From Gnetum montanum (Eukaryota; Plantae; Gnetophyta): 64,000 nucleotides of DNA. Below, one piece after another: positions 1 through 13,000 of this stretch. A program made the translations under genes and the position numbers. The stretch's first letter is position 1. Each line of letters opens with the position of its first letter. Location of the stretch: positions 891,026 to 955,025 of the forward strand of contig MNCI01000808.1 in NCBI GenBank assembly GCA_015680685.1, given 5' to 3'. Below the pieces are notes generated by a model. That model searched no databases. It was not told the DNA's origin and was given only the letters and a program-made list of their open reading frames with translations.

Positions 1-1747
1 CCCAAAGAAGGAATTGAGAAAGGAAAGCATCTCGGCAGCAGGGACGCCTGAATTCAAAGCCATGAACAAATCCACAAGCCCAACCATTCAGATTTTCTTG
101 AGAAAGAATCCTGGAGCCCCTCGTTCTAACCAGATATGGGTCACCTCTACTTCATCATATTTTAAGTAGATTTCTCCCCCTTGCCTCTTGGCAGTTACCA
201 CCGTCACCTCACGAGGCTTCTTCGCTCCTGCAGCAATGATCACAAAACATGCTTAGCATAAAAAAATAGAGAGAAGAAACTACGAAAACACATGAGCTCA
301 TGGTGCCTGTCTGTTAACCCACCAAGTCTATACGGTGAGAGGAATAGTGGGAGTTCAACCACCAGGACTGCTTCGAGCATGACCTGCTTAAAAGGTTCTC
401 TCCACTCCTTGTCCAACCAACCCTTCATCCTGAAATGACTGTAGAAAGAGGTGAGTGTGCATAGGTAGGAATAATATCCCTCCCTGCAATGAGCAATCAT
501 GGCTACCCACAAGCTCTTGGTAGAGGCAAATTCGTGTAGGGCTAGCTGTGTTGTGGCCAACTCACCCGGCTGGTCATGAACCCCGCTATCGTCAAGATAG
601 AACCTGGTGATAAGCACACACTATCAACACTCAGCCAAGTATGGGCAACATTGCATAACCAAGCAAAGTAAAGATGCAAAACTCACCCACCAACATAGTA
701 GACGGTTCCCTATGGGTTTTGAAAGTACATCGCCACGTGGTGCACAAAGTACAATGTTTTTTTATTGGTGATAACATTGGTATTCTAGCATATCCTAGAT
801 CTAGGCCAAGAGCCTCAACCTTGTGGAGTGTTGGGTAGACCCTCCTCCCAGCCTTCTTGTGGTTTCATCATTAGAAAGGTATCTCAAGATGGCCTCCATT
901 ATTCCGAACGCCTGCATCTCATCTAAGGAAGACCATACCATGAGACTAAAATGGCTGAGAAGAAATTGCAGGAAGTCTCACGCCCCATCCCTGAACCAAA
1001 CCACTCACTCTCCCAAACGTATCGGGGGAGGGAGAACGTTGGCCATAGGTCTGCCTACATGACATAGGAACCCTTCAAGGTCCAAAATGATCAACCTAGA
1101 CCTTGTCCCTACCCTACACGTCACAACCAATAAATACTGACATCAAATATGAACACAATACATGCACAACATAGAAACACTTAGCCGGTCATAAATGTAG
1201 CATAACATAGCCCCTTGTCTACACATAGCGTAACAAAGATGCGAAAGCCTAGCATAGAGAGAACATGCAAGTAGCTTATCATAGCAAAGAAATAACTAAT
1301 AACATGCTCAAACAAAAACACACGTCACGGTGTTACGTCACATATAAACAAATCCTCCCAAGGATTTTACGTCATGACATGACAAGGTCAAGCAACTTAA
1401 AATGCCCCAACCCTGGAGTAGCGAAAATTGCGGCAGCAGCAACAGCCTTGCATGCAATCACAATGAAACCCTTGCACAACAGCCATGACCAAAAGGAAAA
1501 AGAGGCCACGACAACACAAAAGCTAAAAAAACATGGCCATAGAAAATACAAATAGCAAAACAAATGAGATGCAAAACCAGAGCAGGAAGCAGCAGAGGGT
1601 GCAAGGAGAAAAGGATAGTGGAGACATAAAAACTCATTGAGTCAATGGTGTGCTCTCCTGCACTGAAATGCACGCTTGCGTCCCATGCCTTAGGGTCTTC
1701 TTCACCTCCCTAACCTTCGCAAGCACCAACTGATTCTTAGGAGCCAT
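1..1747 (-). pseudogene. Antisense accessory gene, copy 1 (exon 1 ~1638-1747, exon 2 687-1113, exon 3 323-603, exon 4 <1-227): FCP1/NIF-like then PMD-like
   Basis: ATG GCT CCT AAG (MAPKNQLVLAKVREVK); exon 2 reads RLIILDLEGFLCH...WFRDGA*DFLQFLLSHFSLMVWSS...FQNP; splice boundaries in matching phase (exon-1 donor mutated); internal stops. Confidence 0.8.
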
Positions 1748-1898
1748 AGCCCTACTTGCAAATTTACGACCTTCGCTTTAGAAATTCGCCTCGCTAATCG
1801 ATTAACACAATTTCTCCATGCTCCGAAATCATTGAGTGCTCCGATAAGGATTATGCACTTTTAGGGAGAAAATGGAAAAATTACTAGGATTAAATCCC

Positions 1899-1906
1899 TA
1901 TTTATG
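1899..1906 (-). promoter_or_regulatory. Degenerate TATA box (CATAAATA) of antisense gene, next to a (GA)n tract
   Basis: Positional homologue of TATAAAT at 9925-9931 in copy 2, about 150-170 bp upstream of the start codon. Confidence 0.5.
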
Positions 1907-2627
1907 GTAGTAGTGGAAAAATGAGAAAACTTTCTCTCTCTCTCTCCGATTAATGTGGGGCGCGGTGTGCAACGTAGCATGCTCACCACGACATCACGAC
2001 ACTATTAACATTTAAACCTTGGCACGCTTCAGGTCAATTAATCGCCTTCTCGAAAATAAAAATAATAATATAATAATATTTTTTTTGATTAAAGGTCCAA
2101 AAATACCTTAAACTAACAAACCTAGCATGGTTACGCTCCTTAGGACCCAAAAATAGTAATTTCGACTCATAACGATCACAGTCTGCAATGACGTTAAACT
2201 AACTATGCTCCTACATCAGCAGTCACCTGGCACACCTCGACATAGGTAGTAGCATATTTCCCAATAGTTTCATGTCTTCATTCTTGCACTGGCAGTTCGA
2301 TACACCTTGTACTCACAATTTCATTCTTTTTATCATTATATCAAGGTTTTGCATGTTACAATATGGCAATCTGAAATGACACAAAACTAGTGGTTTAGCA
2401 TTCATATATCGACAATGACACAGCTTCACACTTCACATCAACAATGTCCATATCTTCAAAAATTTTAGACTCTTGTGCCTTGGCGGTCCACCATGACCTT
2501 AAACTAGCAAACTCTCAATCTTTACATCGCCTTTATTTAGCAAGTCGCATCTCGGTGTTGCTTTGTAGATTTACATTTCACACAATCTCTAATGACCCTT
2601 ACCTAGGCTCTCATCTTATGATGGCAG

Positions 2628-5600
2628 GTCACGCAAGAGATGGGAACCCGTCATGCCCTTTCCATGCCTCTAACGTTATCATGGCCACAAGGTAAGATCA
2701 CGAGACAGTTGAACCCTGACACGATTGACTAGGGATTGACTACGATTAACACCGTAGCAACCTTAGAAGCACCCCCGGATTGGCCTAGACACCTAGTCCA
2801 TGCCCTAGATTTAGAGGCCAGGGATGTAACCAAGGACCCTCTTGTCGAGATACCCACGACCATGTCAAGAAGGGAGGTAAAGACATTGAGAGTTAGCTCC
2901 CTCCTAGACACACAAATACATGAGGGCATAGTTAAAAATTTGCAAGAGCACATCGATGTCTTCGCATGGTCATACGGCAACATGCTGGGTCTGGATCCAT
3001 GGCTGATTCAAGATAACATTTTCCTAGACCCCCACGTAAGGGAAATCAAGCAAAAGGCATGTAAGATCAAGCCAGAAATCACACTAGCCATGAGGGATGA
3101 AATCACTAAGTTATACCGATTAGGTTTCATCTGTGCAGTCAACTATTCAGAGTGGGTGTCCAACATCGTTGTGGTTTCAAAGAAAATAGGAGGGATACGA
3201 ATATGTATAGAATTCTATGACTTGAACAAGGCAATGATCAAAGAAAACTTTCCACTCCCGAGCATCAATCAACTCATCGACACCACAGTTGGTCATGGTT
3301 TGTTATCCTTCATGGATGGCTTCTCCAGATACAACCAAATCTGCATCAACCCAAAGCACCAGCTGTCAACAACCCTCATGACTCCATGGGAAACCTTCTG
3401 CTATATCATGATGTCCTTCTGGCTCAAGAATTCTGGAGTGACCTACCAACGAGCCATGACCTACATTTTTAGTGACTACATCCTAGAAACATTAAACAAT
3501 TACGTGGATGGTATAGCAGTTAAATCCAAAGAGGTAGCCTGTCACCCATGCGATCTAGAGTTAGTCCTCAAGTGCTATCAAAGGAACGATTTGCATCTTA
3601 ATCCCAAGAAGTGCATCTTCGGATTAAAGACCGAATGCATGTTAGGGTTTGTAGTATCAAAGGCTGGAATATAGGTGGACCCAGACAAAGTCAAGGCCAT
3701 CATCAACCTAGCACCTCCCACAAACCTTAAAGAGTTACGCGGTTTACAAGGTAGAGTGCAATTCATTCGAAGGTTTATAGTAAGGTTGACCAACAAGTTA
3801 TACCCCATGCAACATCTTCTGAAGAAGGGGGTTGACCTCGAGTGGAAAGCCCAATGTCAACAAGCCTTTGACAACCTAAAGAAGGAGCTCTCGCACCTCC
3901 CAACGATGCACCCGTCACAAAGGGACAGGCCTTTCTTCATATACCTTGCCACCTCCGACGCATCCATAGCAACATTGCTATGTAAGAAGCAGGATGATGG
4001 CTCTGAGATACTAGTGTATTACATGAGCCATGCATTAATAGCATACAAGAAAAAATACAATGAGGTGGAGAGGAACTACCTAGCCTTAGTGTTCATGCTA
4101 AAAAGGTGGCAGCATTACCTATTCCTTAGCACAACCAACATCATTTGGAAAAGCAACATACTCCGGGCTATCACCGGAAACATATATGAAAGTAGCAAGA
4201 TAGCCCGACGGAAGTCCATAACCACAGAATTTGACCTACGCTATGTAAGTCAATCGTCGACAAAGGGCCAAGCCATAGCAACCCAACTTACGGTCTCGCT
4301 AGTCGACGACTAGGTAACCATCAATCCCAAGTTCCCAGATGAATATGTTAGCAATGTTTCCATCATCCCATCACATTTTGAGGTAACCTTACACTTTGAT
4401 AGTGCCTCAACCATGTGAGGAGTTAGTGCCACTACCATGATCACATTCCCCTCTGGGGAAATGTACCCATTTGCTTATCATTTCGCATTCCCTTGCACCA
4501 ACAACATGGTGGAATACGAAGGGCTACTTAGAGGCCTCTTAACTACTCGCACGCTACATGTACAACACCTGATGATCCAGGGAGATTCAAAACTAGTCAT
4601 GAATCAAATCACCGAAGTCTATGCCTACAAGGCTACGCATATGCAACCCTACTATGACCTAGCAAAAGTTTTACTAAAGAAATTCATAACCACTAATGTG
4701 CACCACGTGTCACGCAATGAGAATACTGTAGCAGATGCCTTAGCTACCCTTGCGTTAAACATCCCATCACATTCCTTGGCAAACATGCCAACTGCAATCA
4801 TAGAATGCATAGAACCTATCACTCGGGTGGAACATGTGGCGTTTGTTGACGCTGCGAACACCCCGGAGTGGTACGATAACATTAAAGCATATTTATAGCA
4901 TGGTGAACCCCTAGATGGATTGACATCGGCTTAGAGAGATGCAATCTGCAAGCATGCTCGATAATATGTGCTCATGGGAAATGATGCCCTATGCCAGCGA
5001 TCCTACGATGGGATATTGCTGGCATGCGTGGGTGGTGAGCAGGCACAAAAGGTAGTTAATGAGGTTCATGAAGGGCTGTGCAGTGGACACATAGCACCCC
5101 GGGCTATGGCTATGAAAATTAGATGCCTAGGGTATTATTGGCCCTACATGGAGCGTGACTGCCTGTCGAAAGTCAAGATGTGTGACACATGCCAGAGATA
5201 TGAAAATTTCATACACATAGCACCTATAGACCTGCACCAAACACAAATTATGTGGCCCTTCCAACGATGGGGACTAGACCTCATAGGGCCTACCACGCCT
5301 AAGTCCTTCGCAGGGCATAGCTTCATTATCACCACCATAGAGTATTTTACTAAGTGGGTGGAAGCTATTCCCATGAGGAAAAAGACATCTCAGCAAATCT
5401 ACCATTTCATCCTCAATAACATTGTAACTAGGTTTGGGCTTATGATGACTATTGTGACAGATAATGAACCATAGTTCAGTAGTAAGGAAACCCAGACCTT
5501 GTGTAGCAACCTAGGCATTAAGCAATCATTTTCTTCCCCTTATTATCAATAGGCAAACATGCAAGTAGAGGCTACAAATAAGTCCATCATCAACTTGCTG

Positions 5601-6110
5601 AAGTGGATGCTTAACAATAGCAAGAGGTGGTGGCACAAGAAAATACTGTACGTCCTCTAGGCCTATCGAATGACTTGCAGAACCACGACAAGTAAGATCC
5701 ATTACAGTCTCATTTATAGATCTGAAGCTGTGTTGCCACTTGAGTTGTAGGTACCCTCACTTCGAATGATCCTGTTCGACGTTGTGAGCGAAGCCCAGAA
5801 CAATGAATCATGAACCATCAACCTCTACTCAGTGGAGGAGGAACATGTGTAGACACTGAGACAAATCGAGCACTATCAGAACAAACAACAGCAGAAGCAC
5901 TATGTAGAACCGCATCGATGACCAACGCAGAAGGGAGACCTTGTCCTCAAGGCCATCTGTGAGCACGTAAGTAAGTTCTCAGCCAACTGGAAAGGTCCTT
6001 ACATGATCACTAAAGCCTTTGGGAATGGAGCCTTCAAATTGGAAGACATGTATGGCAACGAGTTTTCCAACCCAGTGAACCACGTGTACCTCAAGTCGTA
6101 CTATGTCTGA
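2628..6110 (+). pseudogene. pol: pol without protease: RT - RNase H - archaeal-type RNase H (aRH) - integrase, with in-frame stops
   Basis: RT SFMDGFSRYNQI, YVDG (YVDD); RH YLATSDASIA; aRH TNNMVEYEGL, IQGDSKLV, HVSRNENTVADALA; INT HEGLCSGH..CDTCQ, GLDLIG, VTDN, NWKGPY; ends TGA at 6110, no chromodomain. Confidence 0.95.
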
Positions 6111-6119
6111 GGTGCAATG

Positions 6120-6490
6120 ACAACAACACTCATCATCTGCTACGACGATAAACTGGTAATTACACCAGGAAGCATCCACAATGATGATAAACTAGCAGCA
6201 CCGAGCAGAGTCCACTACGATGATAAACTAGTAGTCGCACCAGGCAGCGTCTGCAATGATGATAAACTAGCAGCACCGAGCAGCGTCTTCTACGACAATA
6301 AATTGGCAGCAACCATCCACCATGACATGAAACTAGAACTATTAGTCCACTATGACTATAAACTGGCATTGCACATCCACTACAACGTAAAACTAGCATG
6401 TATGGTCTACTGGGATCTTAAACTAGCACAACGGTCTGCTGGGACCTTAAACTAGCACATAGTCTACCAAGACCTTAAACTGGGTTTGCG
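6120..6490 (+). repeat. Post-INT array of about 11 units (28-39 bp) with core RTC-N6-GAY-N3-AAACTRG
   Basis: e.g. gtc cactat gac tat aaactggca; gtc tgctgg gac ctt aaactagca; gtc taccaa gac ctt aaactgg. Confidence 0.9.
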
Positions 6491-7475
6491 TCTCACCCTC
6501 AACATGCACCACCACCAGATACACATCAAATGAAGAGGCGTGATATCGGTGCATGGGTGGGACGTCGCCGCTCTAGGACGCAGTTCTCGACACAAGGAGA
6601 ACATGGTTTGAGGCATATGCACTGCCACCTTTGATGTCATGCTGACCCTTCCAAGACATCGTATGATGTCATATGGGGCCTTCAAACCTACCATCTCCAT
6701 GGCCCACCTCCCTGATGATAGCTCCTGGGCCCGTTCTTTCTTCTAAGGTGCTGACAGTATTATGGCCTAGCAACAATATTCTTGTGCTTTAGTTCCCTAC
6801 CAAGGTTTCATCTAGTGCAAAATTTAGTTATGTGGTAGCTGATCTCATAGCTGAACTAAGCATGCATTTCTTTGGTAGGGATTTCAGTGCATCCGTGTCC
6901 CTGGTGCCTTGGGGACTAGCTCCCCCCACAACCAGTGCTACTAGGACCGCTACTAGCCTCCTTGCTTTGGGCATCTCACTCTAGCAATGGTGCCCAAGAG
7001 TAACAACAATGCCAGCAGCCCACAAGACATCGTCCCTATAGATGCATCCCCCTACAGCAGCAAAGGCTACAATATCGCAAAGTGAGTCTGTAGACTAACA
7101 TGGTTGTTTGAGAGTGCAAATTCTGGCACGTGCGTAACACAGCTTGCTGTGCGGAAGGCTTCAGTAGGAAAGTCAGAACCCTCCATGGATGTAATACAAC
7201 TCATCCTGCTGAGGGGACACCTGCCTACAAGAGGTTGAAGAATAGCGCCAGCCAGAGATGAAAACACAAATGAGCCCCTTAGAGCACTCCAATGAGGGAC
7301 TTGACTAAACATCATCTCTGCTCTCTGCCTTAACCTCCGCAAAACCAATGCAATAATCTCAAGCATGGCCAAGTGACATCACAGCACACACCAAGTGACA
7401 ACCTTAGCATTTCTCCTGCTGTGGTGTTTCGTATTCTTTGCTGACGTCCATCAAGCCTATTCTCCAAACGTTGAC

Positions 7476-7486
7476 AAAGAGGGGCC
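7476..7486 (+). other. Polypurine tract
   Basis: aaagaggggc-caa directly before TGAAACACC; same motif at 42625-42637. Confidence 0.8.
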
Positions 7487-7488
7487 AA

Positions 7489-9304
7489 TGAAACACCCTA
7501 AAAAATGTGAGGTCATCCTGGCCTCACCAAGCTCTTGTAGTCTGCACAACAATATGGTAGTTCATCGGAAGAAGAACGTTATGAGTCTAGGTCAGCTAGT
7601 TCGGCAAATTTTCTACTTTGAGCATGGACAGGTCCTGTACCATCCTGCCCACCCATCAAAGTAGCCTGAACAACGGGCAACTTGCTCAGAAACAGTGTGC
7701 AGAATCGACGGTAGCATCCTGGGTGCACAAGAAATAGTTTGGCAAGTTTTCTAAGTAACGAAGCCTACTACGCTACGCTACCCTAAGTAGCGTAGCACAC
7801 TTCAGAAAATGATGGTAGAACGAAGTGCTATGCTATGCAATGTCACATAGTGTAGCATACCAAAAACTTTGCTAACCACTCCCCTCGCCCAATTTCAAGT
7901 TCTGCAGTGATGTCCCTTTTCATCAAGAAGCAGCGGACCATGTCTGCTGCTACGCTACACTAAGCTACATGGCGCAGCAAGGCGTAGCAATCCTATAGAA
8001 GAGACAAAAGGCAGTTCAAAAGGTGGAATCAAAAAATTTCACAAAACTGGCATTGTAGGAGAATGGGTTGCAAATCAGCAAAACTGTCATGATTAAGGCT
8101 AGTTGCTACAGTACGTAGCGTAGCATAGCACAGCGAGTATGTGACATATGGCAGGATGCACGGCAAGGTGTTGTGTCATGCCAAGCAAGCCACGTCACAA
8201 AGCACAGCGTGGCATATGGGTGGTTGTGCGACATCAATGCACTCCACTCAATCGGACTGTTGGCACACATCTCTAGACGCTGACGATGCAGTTGTGGCAT
8301 AGTACGATCATAGTTATTGCATAGCAGGCATGCATCGCAATGGTCTTGTAAGCCCAACGGTCACAGATGCCTCGAGTAATGCCAGTAAGGTAACACAAGC
8401 CTGTAGCACGTAGCATTCAAATAACCTTTTTTTGCTCACCTTCAACTCTATAAATATCTTGGCAAATAGCATACAACAGGTCCAAAATTTTTTGCTAAAA
8501 AAGATACCTGCAATTTGGCAAAAGCTAGCAATCTATAAATTTGGCAATTTCAAAAGAGTTCACATCCTTCTGGAAGCAAACAACTTCCAAGTAGTGGGAA
8601 CTATAGACCTTTGAAACAAAGATCCCCCCCCCCTTGCCGACATTGTAATAATCAAAATCATCTATTTAACACTGTAAATGGAGAGTCTCTCTCGGTTGGC
8701 GTAAGGTCCCCATCTCTGTTCTACTACCTTGGTAGAGTCCCGCATTATTTTTACGTGAAGTCCATGTCCAAGTGCATAGCTCTTTCTTTTTCCCGGCACA
8801 CCTCAGTTACACTTGGGACATCCACACTTCGTCACACTGTGTAGCCGATTGTATCCACCTTGACTAGATGAATTTGTAGCTTTGGAGAAGTGCATGTTTC
8901 TAACCATACTTTACTTTACCCCTCATTTACTATCTAGCTTCCTTGCGTTATTTTCTGTCTTATTTACCTTTAAACATCATCTTGTATTACTGTCGCATTT
9001 CTGTTTTATTTACCTTTAAGCATCATTTCGTATTACTGTCGCATTTTTGTTTTATTCATCTTTAAGAATTATTTCGCATTACTATTGCATTTTTTTTACA
9101 GTTCCTCCCTTTCTTTATCTACCCATGAGCATTATCTCGCAGTTTGCATTATTTACATTGAAAAAGGCTATATTAACGCCGATGTAAGTCCCTGTCTGAT
9201 CGACCAGACCGTTCAGGGCACCCCATGCCCGCACACACCCAGCACCGCCCTTCTGCGGGTACGGGGTTGGAACTGTCATGTCTGCTGACACCCCCCTCGA
9301 CATT
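7489..9304 (+). repeat. 3' LTR of copy 1 (about 30 bp short of the terminal CA)
   Basis: Starts TGAAACA; homologous to LTRs 22128-23803 and 44442-46157 on the minus strand; TATAAATA near 8449. Confidence 0.85.
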
Positions 9305-9924
9305 AAGGTTATGATGGACTATTAGAGCACAAGAGTGTAGAACTAGAAGAGCGTAGAAAGGCTGAAGGTGTAAAACCGCTGATGTAAAGTGTGAAGCCGT
9401 GTGGCTATCGATATGCAAATGCAAAACTACTAGTTTAGTGTCATTTCGGACAACCAAACTACCACATGAAAAATAATAGTATGCGAAACGGGAAGCTTGC
9501 GAATATGAAAAGTGCCAAATCGTTAACATGAAAATACAAACAACAGACATGAAATTGTTAGAAATTGCAATATTGCCTATGTGGAAGAAGACACAAAAAT
9601 TTCCAATGCAAGCATGTGGTGTTGTTAGTTTAATGTCATTGTGGCCCGTTAGGGATGCTACCATGCTAGAGCTACTTAGTTCAAGGTCTTTTCAGATCGA
9701 TCGTATTGCAATTGGTAGGATTTCTAGTTTAAGGTCTTTTCGGACCCTTAACCAAAAACAAATATATTTTTTGTTTTTGGGAAGGTAAGTAGCTGGCTTG
9801 AAGTGTGTCAAGGCTTTAATGCTAATAGTGTTATGATGTCTTGGCGAGCATGCTACGCTATACAGCATGCTCCGCATTAATCGAAGAGAGAGAGAGGAAA
9901 GTTTCCCTGCCTTGTCATTATGGC

Positions 9925-9931
9925 TATAAAT
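9925..9931 (+). promoter_or_regulatory. TATA box of antisense gene, copy 2
   Basis: ggcTATAAATggg after a (GA)n tract, about 170 bp before exon 1. Confidence 0.6.
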
Positions 9932-10099
9932 GGGGGTTAAACCCTTGCAATTTTGCCATTTTTACCATAAGAGTGCAGAGCCCACATCGGAGCACAAGGT
10001 GATTTCGGAGCACGGGCCGATTGTGATAGCACGGAGAGATTGCGATAGCGGCTAGCAGAGTGATTTTTTAGCTAAGAGCATGCATCTACAATTGAGACC

Positions 10100-13000
10100 A
10101 TCGCTCCTAAGACTCATCTGGCACTCGCAAGGGTTGAGGAGGTGAAGGAGGTCCTAGGGCATGCACCTCAAGCACCCATTGTGGTACGACATAGCATGCC
10201 GTTGACCCAGTAGGTTACTGTATACCTTTTGCCTCTTTGTATTTGTGCTTTCCGTTGTCTTTTGCTCTTCTTTTACATTCATTCTTGGCTATCTACATTT
10301 TATGTGGTCAGGTTAGTTTAACCTTTGTATCGCTACCATCACCATCTCAATTGTGGCAGATGTATGAACATTATGTTGTGGTTACATGCAGGGTTGCTGA
10401 AACTGCCACTGCCGTGGTTGTTACAACCACGGGGGCTGGGGTAGTTTAAGTTGCTCGACCCTAGCATGCCGTAACATAAAACCCCCGAGAGGGCTAGGCC
10501 ACATAGAATGTGGTGACATGACACATGTTTCATTAGAGCATGTTGTCAATTGCTTTGTTTTTATGCTAGGCTTATTCGCATGTTCTTGCTATGGCAAGCT
10601 TTCACGCCCTTGCTACGCTATGTACTGGCAGAGGGTCATGCTATGCTATGTACATGGACTACTAGAATTTATGTGGTTGTGCATGTATTACCTTTAATTA
10701 TGCTACTAACTTTCACTTAATTGTGACGTTTAGGGTAGGGCCGAGGTTCAGGCTTATCGTTTTGGACATTAGAGGGGTCCTATGCCATGTGAGTAGACTT
10801 GTGGCCAACACCCCTCCTCCCCAGATATGCATGGGGGTGCAAGGGGTTTGGTTTAGAGATGGGACATAGGACTTCTTGCAATTCTTTCTTGAATACTTTA
10901 GTGTGATCATCTGGTCCTCCTTGGAGGAGGTGGAGGCATCCGGCATAGTAGAAACCATGCTTCTTGGGACAAGTCTCGGCATTTTGAGATTTTTTACCGA
11001 CAGGGTAGTCATGAGTAGTCACAGAGAGGGGTCCAGCCAACACTCCATAGGATTGAAGCATTTAGCCTAGATCTAGAACATGCCTAAATACCGTTGCTAC
11101 CACCATTACAACACATTGTTCCTCGCATGCTACATTGCGACGGGCTTTCAGAACCCACAGGGGACTATCTATTGGAATAGTGGGCAAGTTTTGCAGCCTT
11201 TCTCCACTATGTTGTACAATGCTAGCCATATTAGCCGAATGCTAAGAATATGTTTTTGTCACCAGGTTCTTTATCAATGATGATGGGGTTCACAACTAAC
11301 CAGGTTTGCTGGCTATCGCGTAGCTAGCACTACAAGAGTTCTCTTCTGCTAAGAACTTGTAGGCAAGTGTGATCGGTCAGTGTAGGGGGGAATACCATAC
11401 TTACCCAAGTATATTTCATGCTTCCTACACTCACTGTAAGGAGAAGGGTTGGCTGGATGAGGAATGGGAAGAACCCTTCAAGCCAGTCACGGTTGAAAAA
11501 GTCATGACGGCTGAACTCCCACCGTTCCCATTGCCATATAGACCTGGTGGGTTAAAGAGTAGGTGTCACATGCTTGAGTGTTTCTGTAACCCATGCATTT
11601 TTTGTGTTGTCATGCTAAGCATGTTTTATGAAAATTGTTACAAGGGTGAAGAAACCCTAGGAGGTGATGGTGGTGACTACCGAGATGCATGGGGCAAACA
11701 TCTATTTCAAATCTGACGAAGTAGCAGCATGTTAGTGCTCGTTAGACCAGGGGGCCTCTAACTCCTTGCTCAAGAACATCCAAAGGATAGGGCTCATGCA
11801 CCTATTTATGGTCCCAAACCCGAGTGTTCCTGCTGTAGAGATGCTTTTCCTATTCAACTCCTTCTCTGAGAGAGCAAGATGCTTCCACATGTGCGTACAG
11901 GGTGTGTAGGTGATCATTGAAATCAATGATCAACTATTCATAGACATTTTTGGTGTTCCTACTGATGGCGTCCCCATAGGGTCGAAGCGCATGCAGGAAC
12001 TGCCCTTTGGATGAAGGATATTGAGGACTGGTTGAGGCTCGTTAAGGAGAAAAAAGGGTTCTTCATGGATAAGCGTAAGGAAAGCCCTACCATGGAGATT
12101 TACCCAATCTTCCATGCTCACACATTCCCTTAAATGCTCACCTAGGGAAAGGTCCTAGGACTGGAGCAAGCCTAGATAATGTGGGAGGTTATGAAAGAGG
12201 GGGCCTATTACAACTGGGCTAGCTTCCTATGCAAGGGCTTGCAAGATGAGATTTTGGGACTTCGTGAAAAGATAGATTCCCACTCCAACATACACTATTC
12301 TTTCTACATCGGCTGTCTGGAATGCTTCATGGAGTTTCTGGTGGTCCAAGAGGATGGAGCATGGGCCGTACGAGATCGCAACCAGATTCCCAGGCCATGG
12401 ATTCGCCAAATCCTCAAAACCATGCAAGCCCAAGATCTCTTAGAAGTAGTCAAGGAGTCATTTTCTGTAATGACCAAATGTTTGGTAGCTCACAGCATTC
12501 GTGGTCAAGATAGCATGGGAGAGACGCCCCCTGTTATAGTCGATAGCGTGACGCAGGGAGAGCCTCTCATAGCAGAGACCGTACCTAATGAGTTGCGAAG
12601 GAAGAGACCTCCCCCACCTAGGGAAACCCTCTATGTCAAGGGAGAGGAGGGACGAAGACTACGTCTTAAGCTATAAAGGACACAACCCCCCATTAGTAAA
12701 CACTTTTGTGTAATGCTTACTTTACTATTGCTTGCTACGCTAACCTACGCTAGATGGTTTAGCATAGCATTTTCTTTGAGCTAATTTGTTTTGAACTGAC
12801 AAAAACATGCTTCTTTGCTAGTAGAGGAAGAAGAAGAAGAAGAAGAAGGTGATGAGGAAGTGTCTTCCCTGAGGAAAAAAAATAAAGACATGGAGGCCCC
12901 AGTCTCGGAGGAAAGATCCCAGGTTAAAAATGAGGGAGCTCCTGTTTCTAGGGTAGGGGCTCTAGTCATTAGGGAGCCTCCTATCAATGAAGAGGCATCT

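Larger units (their letters stand above)
1..9304 (+). mobile_element. Tat/Ogre-type Ty3/gypsy LTR retrotransposon, copy 1 (3' half: antisense gene, spacer, RT-RH-aRH-INT, array, PPT, 3' LTR)
   Basis: pol domains at 2628-6110, PPT and TGAAACA-starting LTR; 1-2500 is the reverse complement homologue of about 9300-11860. Confidence 0.9.

Noticed and set aside
6120-6490. CRISPR-like repeat-spacer look of the arrays (also 13800-14400 and 41225-41600)
   Set aside because: Cores are short and degenerate, spacers are related to each other or repeated, there are no cas genes, and the context is a eukaryotic retroelement
6120-6490. Hammerhead ribozyme or retrozyme array (GUC triplets, AAAC)
   Set aside because: No CUGANGA core or three-stem arrangement seen
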